The translations under genes were made by a program, and so were the position numbers. From NCBI GenBank assembly GCA_000388065.2, contig KB932201.1: a stretch of 64,000 nt of DNA. One strand, given 5' to 3'. The stretch's first letter is position 1, and every line of letters begins with the position of its first letter. Of the stretch, positions 41,301-51,818 are shown one piece after another. The stretch is from Fonticula alba ATCC 38817. Lineage: Eukaryota > Protista > Nucleariida. The notes under the pieces were generated by a model that searched no databases, was not told where the DNA came from, and saw only the letters and a list, made by a program, of their open reading frames with translations.

Positions 41301-42465
41301 GCGCCAGGCATCCGTGCTGCTGGCCCGGTCCCGGGCCGATGGCAAGCCCGACCCCTCCAAGGACAGCTTGGCCCCGTGGATGTGCGTGGTGCTGGCCGTG
41401 GCGGCCGAGTCGCTGGTGCTGCGAGGCCGCCCGGGCGACGCCACGGATCTGATCACTGCCTTGTCCGGGTACCTGCTTCGTTCGGACCGACCGGGCGTGC
41501 CGGAGGGCGCCCCCGCGACCACGACCACAGCCACGGCCATGGCGGCCGCCCCGGACGCACGTCTCGTGGCGGCCGGGCTACTGGCGCGCTATGACGCGGC
41601 TCAGCGCCTGCTCTTGACGCATTTGGACCTGCTGGTCGCGGCACGCGAGCCGGGGTCCTCGGCCGAGCCACTGGCCGGGCGCCTGGCGGCCGACTCGTCC
41701 GTGGTGTTTGATGCCCTGCGCGCGGCTTCCGTGGCGCTGGATGTCTTTGCCCTGCGTTCGCCCCTGGCGCCGCGTGTCATGCCGCCGCCGCAAATGTCCT
41801 CGCCCAAGCTTCACACCCCGGCGCCCACGTCGTCGGTCCTGTCGTTGACCTCCTCGCTGGCCTTCGACAGCCCTTCGCTGGCGGCTTTCTCGCACGGTCC
41901 GGCGGTCCGGGCGTCCCGCGTCCCGGGCCGTGCGCCCGACTGCCTGGGGGTTGGCTTTGTCCGGCCTCCCTCGCAAGCGCGTCTGCTGCTGGTGGCCCGG
42001 GCCACGCTCCGGGCCTTGTCGCAGTCGGTGCCGGTGGCCGGTGCCAATGAGGCGGCCACCGCGGCGGCCGCCGCCCCGGGGCACCAACAGCAGACGGCCC
42101 TGCTCCTGTGGAAGTCCATCAGCCCGGCGCCGGAAACGGCGGTCGGCACTTCCTCCTCGCAGGAGGACATTGTTGCGGCCGCCGGGAGCGCCATTGCCCT
42201 GGAGTTTCTGTCTGACCTCCCGGATGCTGCCGCGGCTTCTCCGGCGGTGGTTGTCTCTTCCGCCCGGCCTGCCGGGGGGGTGGTGGTCGAGCAGGCAAAG
42301 GATGCCGCCTCGGCTGGCGGGGATCGGGCCATCGGCGCCACTCGCGGGGGTCTTTTCCGCCGGCGGGGTGTCCCGGCTTCGGGCTCCGGGCCTCAGCTGT
42401 GGCTGACCCACCGTGTCATGGAGTATGCCCGGCACTTCGATGCCGGGCTGACTTCCTCCCTGTGA
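35386..42465 (+). CDS. SREBP-like membrane-tethered bHLH-Zip transcription factor (2359-codon uninterrupted ORF)
   Basis: The bHLH at 38089-38385 reads [28 protein letters not shown]...[32 protein letters not shown] and carries the SREBP-diagnostic Tyr (ERRYR). Two hydrophobic segments (approx. 38941-38995 and 39391-39465) are followed by a long C-terminal region. The true start may be a later ATG (e.g. 35995). Confidence 0.85.
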   Translation: [2359 protein letters not shown]

Positions 42466-43269
42466 ACGGCTTTCCCCCTCTGCTTGTTGGGAACGGTCCC
42501 TTGTCCTTGAGCAGCTGTGTGCGGCGTTCGCCTCTTATGGATTTGCCTGTCGATGCCCCTTCTGCTTTCTGTGTTTTCCTCTCTTTCTCTCTCTCTCTCT
42601 CTCTCAATATCCTTCCTGCCTCCTTCGCTAGCAATACACACATGCTTCCCCACCGTCATCTCCTCTTATGTCTAAGTGTCTGGTTGCATTTGCTCTTCTC
42701 CCGGATCCGTGCCTCTTCGCTTCGCTTCCCACAGGCAGACGAAACGGGGGAGGAGGGGGGGGGGGGCAGCTACACCTCTCGGGCTGGTCCTGCAAAGGGC
42801 ATCAGCACGATCGGCACGCGTGGAGGATGGCCGAGGGGCAGGGGGCGACCGCGTGCGATCTGCCCCATACCCCCGGCTTCCCCCCCCCCCCTCGCGGCCA
42901 GCCACCGGACGGCGGGGCCAGGGGGGAGGGACGGGGACCTGGCTGGTTGTGTGACTCTCTGGGGAGGCACCCTGCCAGGTAGCAGGGTGGGAATGCACGT
43001 GATCCTCTCCCGAGACCAGTTTAGGCGCCGCTCCGGCATCGCGCCATTTTTTGCAGGGCACCGTGTGTGGCCTTTTTTTTCTTTTCGCATTTTTCTCCTC
43101 CCCCCCGTCCGGCACCCTGGTCGAGGGGCCATCGTGCGGGCGGAGAAATGCCCCTCTCCCATGTACACACCCCTTCCCTTGGGGCCGGAGGGTGCAGACC
43201 CGGGGGGGCGAGGGGGAATCGTGTTGATTTCCACATCCCTGGGCCCAATATGCGCGTCTGCGGGTCCCC

Positions 43270-43300
<31 letters not shown>

Positions 43301-44854
43301 ACGTGTGTACGTGTGCATGTGTGTGAGGTGGTCCCGCGGCAGGCGCCCACGAACTGGGGGTGAAGCCATTCGTGGTGCCCACTGAACCACCCTCCAGCTG
43401 GCAGGGGTTCGGACCCCCTGTGGACCTAGCTCCTCCATCTGCCCCCTGCCCGCCTGCCCGCCCGCCTGCCCGCCTGCCGTGTCTGCCCTGAGTTTTGGTA
43501 TCCTCGAAAGTCCGTGCTGTCCGGGGTGTGCCTTGCTCCGTGGGCCTGGCGTTCTACTTGGAAACCCCTGCTCGGAAGGGCGGGGGGGGGGGGGAGCAGG
43601 CAAGTGTCTGCCGACTTGCGCCTGAGCATTTCTCTGGCGCACTTTCATGCACCGCAGAGGCGCAGGGCCAAGGCAGGGTCGCCGGTTGGGATGGGCTGTT
43701 TTCCACCACCCCGCCGGACGGGCCCTTTCGCGTGGGAGTGCGGATCGAGGGAGACCCAGCTGCCATGCTGTTCCTGGTTGCCAGGTTGCCGTTGGCGCAC
43801 TGGCGGGGGGGGGGGGGGGGGGGGGGGGGGCGAGAGGGGACGATACCTCGCCCGGACGCTACAACCCGGCATGCTTGCGGGCCCCTCCTGCCTCTCATCC
43901 GGCCCGGAGTATAGCCACACGCCCTGAGGGCGTCCACGGGTGGTGGGCGCGCGTGTGTCAGGAGGCACTCCTGGTGGCTGATGGGGGGCTCCCGCCCGGG
44001 GAGGGTGGACCCGCAGCGGGTTTTTTTTCTCGCGGCCGCAGTATGCACATGGCCTGATCGCGGCCCTCTGCCGTTCGGGGCTTCCGCCGCGTCCCCGCCC
44101 CCTCCTTGCCAGGGCAGTCCGCTGGCCCCTCGCCCTGCTGTGCAGCCGTTTTTTCCCCGAACTGCCACATATCGCCGGCGGTGCAGGCCGAGGTTTCTTT
44201 CGCCGGGAGGTGTCGCTTGCGGCGGGTCAGGCAATCTGGCCCTCGGCCCTGCTCGCGCGTGAGGTTCCCCTGCTTGTGCGTCTCCGTGGGATTGCCCCCA
44301 CGGCAGGCGGTATCCGGCACTCCTGCTGGAATCTTGATTCAGCGTGCCTTCTCCACACACACAGGCAGAGCACGGATGCAAGCCTTTCGTGTGTGGCAGG
44401 GCCCGGCCGCCCCCCCCCTCCACCTCCCCCGTCGGACAGCCCGCCCGACCCTCAGACCCGGCGGGTGCAGCAGCCCAGCAAGTAGCCCGAGGGGAGCTGG
44501 AGTCGGGTGAGGAAGTGGGAGGCGGAAGGGCAGGTGGCGGGTGGGGGGGGGGGGGGTGAGGTGGGGGATGGGCAAGTGCGCGCGAGGCTGTTTCAGTCCG
44601 GGGTGTCGCCCCTATATCTGCCGGCTTCGTGGGCCGGAGCCGAAGCGCTCTTCTTCCCACCCAGACAGTTCCCCTTGCATTGCTCCCATTTGCCCTGCAG
44701 GTAGATCCCCGCCTCCAGTGTTCCTCGCCCCACCGCCCCGCCGCCCCGCCGCTGTTGCTTTTACCGCCTCCGGCCCCCCCCCCTTTGCTAACAGCACACC
44801 CCGGCCCTGCTGTGTCACACACAGGCTCCGTCTCGTTGCCCCCTCCCCAGCACC

Positions 44855-45666
44855 ATGTCCGCCGACATCATCAAGCAGGCCGCCGAGGGCCTCGTCAGCC
44901 ACCCCTACTTCCCCCGCGACCTCGTCATGCCGCACTACATCCCCAACACCATGACCGTTGGTGATGTGTTTGTTGTCCTGGCCGTTGTCTTCGGCTCTTC
45001 TCTGGCTTTCATTATTGTCTGCGCCTGTGCGTCTCTGGCCACCCGGCTTCGTGTGCTGCTTCCCTCTGCCCCCCTCCCCCCTCCCCNNNNNNNNNNNNNN
45101 NNNNNNNNNNNNNNNNNNCCCCCCTCCCCCCTGTCGCAGTCCTTGCCCGCAAGGTGTCCACCACCAGCAAGCTCATGGCCGTCTGGATGTTCTTCACCGC
45201 CAATGTCCACCTCATCATCGAGGGCTACTTCGCCGTCTTCCACCGCAACATGGCCGCCGACATGTCCACCATGGGTCAGCTCTGGAAGGAGTACAGCATC
45301 TCCGACAGCCGCTATGTCATCTCGGACCCCTTCATCGTTTCCATGGAGATGATCACTGCCTTCTTCGATGGTCCCGTTGCTCTCATGGCCGCTTACGGTC
45401 TCCTCCGCCGCCGCTACTGGGCTGACCTGGCCGTTGTCGTGGTGTCCATCTGCCAGCTGTACGGTGTCATTTGCTACTTCGGCATGGAGATCCTCGAGAA
45501 CTTCCCCCACTCCGACCCGACCCCCTACTACTTCTGGTTCTACTTCTTCTTCTTCAACATCGTCTGGGTCATCATCCCGACCATCTGCGCCTTCGTCTCC
45601 GGCCGCCGCATCCTGGCTGCCCTGCGTCTGGCCCATCGCCCGGCCAACAGCAAGAAGACCGACTAA
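44855..45666 (+). CDS. EBP: 3-beta-hydroxysteroid Delta8-Delta7 isomerase (emopamil-binding protein)
   Basis: Exons 44855-45026 and 45140-45666. Motifs are HPYFPRDL, VHLIIEGYF, QLWKEYSISDSRY, SMEMITAFFDGP, QLYG and FFNIVWVIIP. It ends in a C-terminal dilysine ER-retrieval signal (KKTD). Confidence 0.95.
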
Positions 45667-46526
45667 TGGGGGAGCAGACACGCCCCGCCTGCGCCGTGCT
45701 CCCCCCCCCCCCCCCCACTGGTCGCTGCGGTGTGCCCCTCCGCGCCTCTCTTTTTGATTGCGCCCGCGCGCCGGGGCAGGCGCACAATGCGCGATGGAGA
45801 TCCCGCTAGACCGAGGCACGGTGGTTGTTTGCATCAGAGATTGCCCCGCCCGTCGGCCGCACACCGGCCGCTGCTCCTGCTGCGCGTCGCCGCTCCTGAT
45901 CTCCCTTTTTTTCTTCGGGCCCGGCCGTGCACGCAGGCATGCATGCATGCTCTCCTCCCCTTGTGGCGATGCTGCTCTGTCTTTCTCTGTGTCTCTCTTC
46001 CTCCCAGTCCTTGTATTTCTCCCTCTCCGCATCTTTCTCCTTCAGATCCCCAAAATATAATACCCTCCTTGGATCTGTGTGCGAGCCATCCTCCGCCGTC
46101 TATGGTGCGGCCGGTACATTGGCGAGGGAGCCTTCCGCCCGGGGGGGGAGGGGGGGGGGGGGGGGGTGTTTCAGCTGGCAAGTTGACCGGCCCCTAGGCC
46201 GCCTTGGTGAGGGCAATCCCCCGGGGCTGATGAGCGCACCCGGATGTTTGCCACTCCTCCTTTCTCTTCCTGGGAGGACCACGCGCCGGTGGTGCACGCC
46301 AGGAGAGGCGCAACGGCGACAGGGGGGGATAGAGAACAGCCTGGCAGCCCCCCCGGGTGAATGGGGCTTTTTGTCCATCAGGGATAGGGGGAAAGGAAGA
46401 AAAAAGACGACGGTCACAGGTGCACAGGAGAATCCCCCTGCCCTGCTTATTGTGGCGTTCTGCGTGTCTCTGGCGGCCTGCACGAAAAATGAACCCGGAC
46501 CACGCGTGCCGTCAAAAAAGAAGAGT

Positions 46527-46599
46527 CAACCGAACTGGGGATCGAACCCAGGGTCTCTCGCTCCGGAGGCGAGCGCGTTATCCACTTCGCCATTCGGTT
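46527..46599 (-). tRNA. tRNA-Arg(CCG)
   Basis: The reverse complement folds as AACCGAA/TTCGGTT acceptor, GCG/CGC D stem, CTCGC-CTCCGGA-GCGAG anticodon arm and CTGGG-TTCGATC-CCCAG T arm, with discriminator G. A T6 terminator lies downstream. Confidence 0.95.
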
Positions 46600-46745
46600 G
46601 TGATGGATTGCTCCCATTCTAGCCTTTTATGTGTTGCATTTTCATGGGAACTCCCTCTGGCGGCATCGTCGTGCGGCCGCATTGCGCTCGCTGGCCAAAG
46701 CGTTGATTCAAATTCACCAAAGGTGGCTCCATTTCCATCTGAACA

Positions 46746-46818
46746 GGGGGCGTAGCTCAAATGGTAGAGCGGCCGCTTAGCATGCGGCAGGCAGGGGGAT
46801 CGATACCCTCCGCCTCCA
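46746..46818 (+). tRNA. tRNA-Ala(AGC)
   Basis: GGGGGCG/CGCCTCC acceptor with the G3:U70 Ala identity pair, a GCCGC-TTAGCAT-GCGGC anticodon arm, a eukaryotic Ala-type T loop ATCGATA and a T4 terminator. Confidence 0.95.
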
Positions 46819-47491
46819 TAGGATACCTTTTGGCTGTTCTCCCGCCGCCCCGGGGGAGAGGCGGGCTCTTTTCTTTTTGTATATGTGTTCTACCCACGCG
46901 GCGAGTCGGGGGGGAGGAGGGGGTTTCAAATAGGGGAAAAAAGACATCAGCCTGGCCTGTGGAACAAGGGAAACTCCCGACAGAAGGACCGAAAAAGAGG
47001 GAGCGAGGAGGGGGGATGAGGAGAGGCAACGGAACAGAGGTACCACACCCCATGGGTCTTTGTCACACACACACACACACACACACCGGGCACAGCTGGC
47101 CACAATGCGCTGACAGCACCACCACACAAATGAGGGCCCACGGATTCGCTCTTTTCTATTTCATGTGTTTCTGGACATCCAAAGGAAGAAGGTAGATGAA
47201 GACACACACACACATACACACACACACGCACGCACAGACGCCTGCATGCGGTTGGAGATGTGAAAGCAGCACGAGAGGAGGCGCCACCGACGCCGGATGG
47301 GGAGCCCCCGGCGTATGCCTTCGCGGAGGGTCCCCGACGGCAGAAAGTCCTTCGTGACAATGTGTGCGTGGGTGTGTATGCATGTTTACAGGGGGGGGGG
47401 GGGGGGGGGAGGGGGGGGGCGCCAGAGGCACACCAGTCCAAGTGGCTCAGAGCTTGACGAAGCTGGTCTTGCCGGCGACGGTCTTGGCGTT

Positions 47492-47556
47492 GGGGATGGG
47501 GGGGGTGGGGGGGGGGTGGGGGGGGGGGTGGGGGGGGGTGGGGGGGGGGGGGGGGG

Positions 47557-47590
<34 letters not shown>

Positions 47591-47596
47591 AGGGGG
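47492..47596. repeat. About 100-nt near-pure G tract (C-rich on the RRP4 sense strand)
   Basis: Read directly; G runs are interrupted by isolated T/A bases. Confidence 0.85.
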
Positions 47597-47629
47597 ACAT
47601 TGTGCACGCGTCTTCCCGGTTCTTCTTCC

Positions 47630-49252
47630 TTACCGAATGGCCTCGGCGATGACCTTGGCCGCGATCTCCGGGCGCGAAAGGCTTGCCGGCGAGTAGCTGG
47701 CCGACGCCTCGCAAACCATCAGGATCGATTGGTTGGAGATCATGCGCTCGTGGCTGGCCAGAGCGCGGATGGCGGCACACACCCGAGCTGCCGCCAGCCG
47801 GTGAGCCGGAGAGAAGTCCTACGAGGCACATACAAGAGGCATGGTCAGAAGGCAAGCGGAAGGGCGGCGGCAAAAAGGAAGCCGGAGAAGCGAGAGCGGG
47901 TTCTCCCCCCCTCCCCGATCGAGGAGCCGGGGGAAAAGCGAGCGCGAACAAAGGGATGCATCTAAGTACCGAGTCGCCGGCCTCCATGGGCTTGGGGGCC
48001 ACCCAAATATAGCCATTGAGGCTGAGGATGACGTCCACCGCGCCGGAGTTGTGCTCGGAGCCGGGAACGGACGGGATCGAGGTGAACTGAATCGAGCGCA
48101 GGACCAGATGCGGTGGCACGGTGATGAGCGTGCCATGGCTCAGCTGCAGCGGGTCGTGGTGGGCTTTTGTGTGAGACTGGGGTCGCGCATGGGCGCGAGC
48201 GTGCTCGCGAAGCAAAGAAGGGCGGAGGCAAACGAACCTTGCCGAACTTGTTGTTGCGGAAGTGCACGGAGATCATCGAGTCATGGCCAATCGACTGGAC
48301 TTCAGCCTTGATTGGGATTCCCCGGCCGACCCGCGCCCAGCCGCAGCGGGAGATACGTGACAAAGAAGGACCGAGGTAAGCAGGCCGACAGCAAGGGAGA
48401 TCCCGAGGGAGGGCAAAGGAGGAAAGCAACGAGGCCGGATGGGCGAGTGAATGGCGTACACTGAAGAGGTCGCCCTCCTTGAAGTAGGTGCGCATCTGGA
48501 GCTCATCGTCCTGGGACTTGCGGCGCTGTGTGTATGTGTGTGTGTGTATGTGTGTGTGCGGGGGGGGGGGGGAGGCAGACAAGACCGAGGAGGTGCACGA
48601 TCGCCAAGAAGAAGGTCAGAGATTGGAAAGGCCATCGTGTGCGGTGGGCTGCGGCCAGCCAACATCGGACGGCTGGAGGGGCAGGGGCAAAAGGGAGCGC
48701 CAGGTGGCCGGGAGGCCGCGGCGAAGTACATACCTGCACGCCATCCGGAAGGAGGATCGAGGACAGACGCATGACGCCAAAGCACCGAGCATTGAGGTCA
48801 ATGCGCCAGCGCGGGCCCGGGCCGACGGCGATAATCCGGCCGACCACAACATCGCCCGTGTGGCCGCGATAGCGGGGCAGCCGCGATGGGACCACGGTCA
48901 GGAGACTGTTGATGCGTGACACTGTGCCGGCCACCGTGGAGCGGATATACCGCGACAGGAGCTCCGGCGTGGCCTGCTGCTCGGTCAGGACATCCGGCGA
49001 AATGCTGCTCAGCTCGTAGGCCGGGATGATGCGCGTGCAATGCCCGTGCGTCAGGCGATTGTCCACCATGGTCAGGACTTCACCCGGGGTGACAAGCTGC
49101 GAATCGGTCACAGTAACCGGGCCGTTGGTGGGGCCGTTGGTGTCGTCCATCTCGGCATCCTGGGCCTTCTGCTGGCGCCCAGTGGCCCGGACAAAGGACT
49201 CCGTGTCCAGCGGGGCATGTCGCGACGCCGGCACCAGGATGCAGGCATTCAT
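47630..49252 (-). CDS. RRP4: Exosome complex cap subunit RRP4 (EXOSC2)
   Basis: Spliced segments read LVTPGEVL, STVAGTVSRINSLLTVVP, RYRGHTGDVVVGRI, RWRIDL, LSSILLPDGVQRRKSQDDELQMRTYFKEGDL, AEVQSI, RNNKFGKLSHG and VDVILSLNGYIWV. The 3' end is either the TAA at 47632-47630 or a further exon, since that TAA lies within a GTAAG donor-like site. Confidence 0.92.
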
Positions 49253-49515
49253 GTTGGTGCTTTTCTTGGGGGAGCTCCTCTCGCGCGGAAATTGCCTGAG
49301 AAGAGTGGAGGACGGAGGGTGTGTGTGTGTGTGTGTGTGTGTGNNNNNNNNNNNNNNNNNNNNNNNNNNNNNNNNNNNNNNNNNNNNNNNNNNNNNNNNN
49401 NNNNNNNNNNNNNNNNNNNNNNNNNNNNNNNNNNNNNNNNNNNNNNNNNNNNNNNNNNNNNNNNNNNNNNNNNNNNNNNNNNNNNNNNNNNNNNNNNNNN
49501 NNNNCTCGGGACAGA

Positions 49516-49552
<37 letters not shown>

Positions 49553-50498
49553 GAGAGAGAGACAGCTTGGGGGGTAGGCGAGGGCGGGACAACGCTCCAT
49601 CTCCCCCTTCGGGCGCTTGCCGGCCGGCACCGGCATCGTGCATGGCCCTGGTGCCGACGGACCACGGGGATGAGGGTCACGCCCCTGCACGTGTCCCGAT
49701 CTGGAATGGGACCACCCCTCGGCTGGTGTTCCGGCCCGGCATCCGTTGGTAATACGCAGGGGGCCCTGGTCGACATCTTAGCGATCTCGGTTTTCCGCCG
49801 GTCCGCAAGCCGGGAGAGGACCCCGGCAAAGTGCGAGCACCGGAGTCAGAGATCGCCCTCGGTGCGAGGGAGATATGCGCGCCCCCGCACGCGGGGCGGC
49901 CGGCGGGGGGATGTGCCGGGAGGGGTCGATGGATGCGGGAAGGTCCACTAATCAAGGCCAGCGCCGGGGACCGGGGGGTCAGGGGGATACTGGGGAGAGA
50001 TGAACCAAAAGGGGGGGTAGGGCCATTGTCACGCCGCGCACCTTTCATGGTGGACCCTGTTTCAAGAGCCACATCGAGCTGGTGGGTGATGGGGGCCGCA
50101 GGCACCGCCCAGACGCNNNNNNNNNNNNNNNNNNNNNNNNNNNNNNNNNNNNNNNNNNNNNNNNNNNNNNNNNNNNNNNNNNNNNNNNNNNNNNNNNNNN
50201 NNNNNNNNNNNNNNNNNNNNNNNNNNNNNNNNNNNNNNNNNNNNNNNNNNNNNNNNNNNNNNNNNNNNNNNNNNNNNNNNNNNNNNNNNNNNNNNNNNNN
50301 NNNNNNNNNNNNNNNNNNNNNNNNNNNNNNNNNNNNNNNNNNNNNNNNNNNNNNNNNNNNNNNNNNNNNNNNNNNNNNNNNNNNNNNNNNNNNNNNNNNN
50401 NNNNNNNNNNNNNNNNNNNNNNNNNNAAGTCCTGATCCTGTCTGCTCCCCTTCTCTCCCCCTCCTCTCTCCCCCTCCCGGCCTTTCCCCAACAGAGCC

Positions 50499-51786
50499 AT
50501 GTCTACAACCCCCCCTGCCACCCGCCCGGGTACCATTGACCCGGAGCAGCATGAGTTCCGCCCGCCGCGCAAGTACATCCGCGTCAAGGAGGATGTGACT
50601 GCCTTCGAGCGGAGCCCCGCCCACCGGGACATCACCCAGTACGTGGCTCGCCTGGCGGACGCTGTTCGAGGCGTTCCCTGTAGCGATGTGGGCCCCATGC
50701 GTCCGGTGCGTTGTCGTTCGTGCGGGCATCTTCCTGCCTTTCCCGGCGCGCCGCCCCACCACGCTAACCTCCCCCGGGGTGCCCCTCGTCCCAGATCATC
50801 CGCCAACTTGTCGGGCTTCTGAAGGCCCTGCAGCAGCTGGTCTTCGATACGCCGACCATCGACGCCGAGGGGTCGCGCTTTGGTAATGAGGCCTTCCGGA
50901 CATGGCACTCCCTCATGGAGAAGGTAGGTGGTCCTGTCCCTCGCACCTCCCCCCCTGCTCCTGGCCCCTCCCGGCCCCTTTTGGCCTGTGCGCCTCCGCT
51001 GACCTGCCTCCCTCCCCCTCCTCGGGCATTCCTCCCCCTTGCGCGGTTCTTGGGGGTTGCAGAAAATCGCCGAGATTACCCCGGAATTCACCCCTCGCGT
51101 GCGTCTTTCCGATGTGCACGTTTCCCGCCGGGCGTTCTCGTCTGTCTTCTGACACCTGCTCCCCCCTGCCTCTCTCCCTCTGCCTCTGCTTCTGCCTCTC
51201 TCTCTCTCCCTCATGCTCCAGCCCGCCCTCAAGGAGGTGAACAGCTACCTGGCTCACAGCTTCGGTCACCGTGACCGCCTGGACTATGGCACTGGGCATG
51301 AGCTTAATTTCCTCCTCTGGCTGTGTGTCCTCCTCCCTTGCCCCTCCTTCCCCCGCTCTCTCGCTGCCTTTCGCATCCGCTGCCCCCCCCCCCCTAACCC
51401 GCCCCGCTTCTGTAGTCTCTGCCTGGACAAGATCGGTGTCCTTGGCCCGGAGGATGACCGCGCCGTGGTCTTCCGCGTGTTTTACTCGTGCGTCTGGTCC
51501 CAATTCTTCCGTTCTTTCCTTTGCCTCGCTGACTGGTGTTCGCGCCTCCCTTGGTACAACCTCCGAAGGTACATCCTTCTGATGCGCCAGCTGCAGTCCA
51601 CCTATTGGCTCGAGCCCGCCGGCTCGCACGGGATCTGGGGTCTGGATGACTATCAGTTTTTGCCCTTTGTCTTTGGCGCGGCTCAGCTTGATGGTGCGTG
51701 CCAGGCAACTCCCTTCGCGTCGCGCCGCCTTCTGCCCCCGGGTGCCACGCACACGCACATGCATGCAGACACACGCAAACGCACAC

Positions 51787-51818
<32 letters not shown>

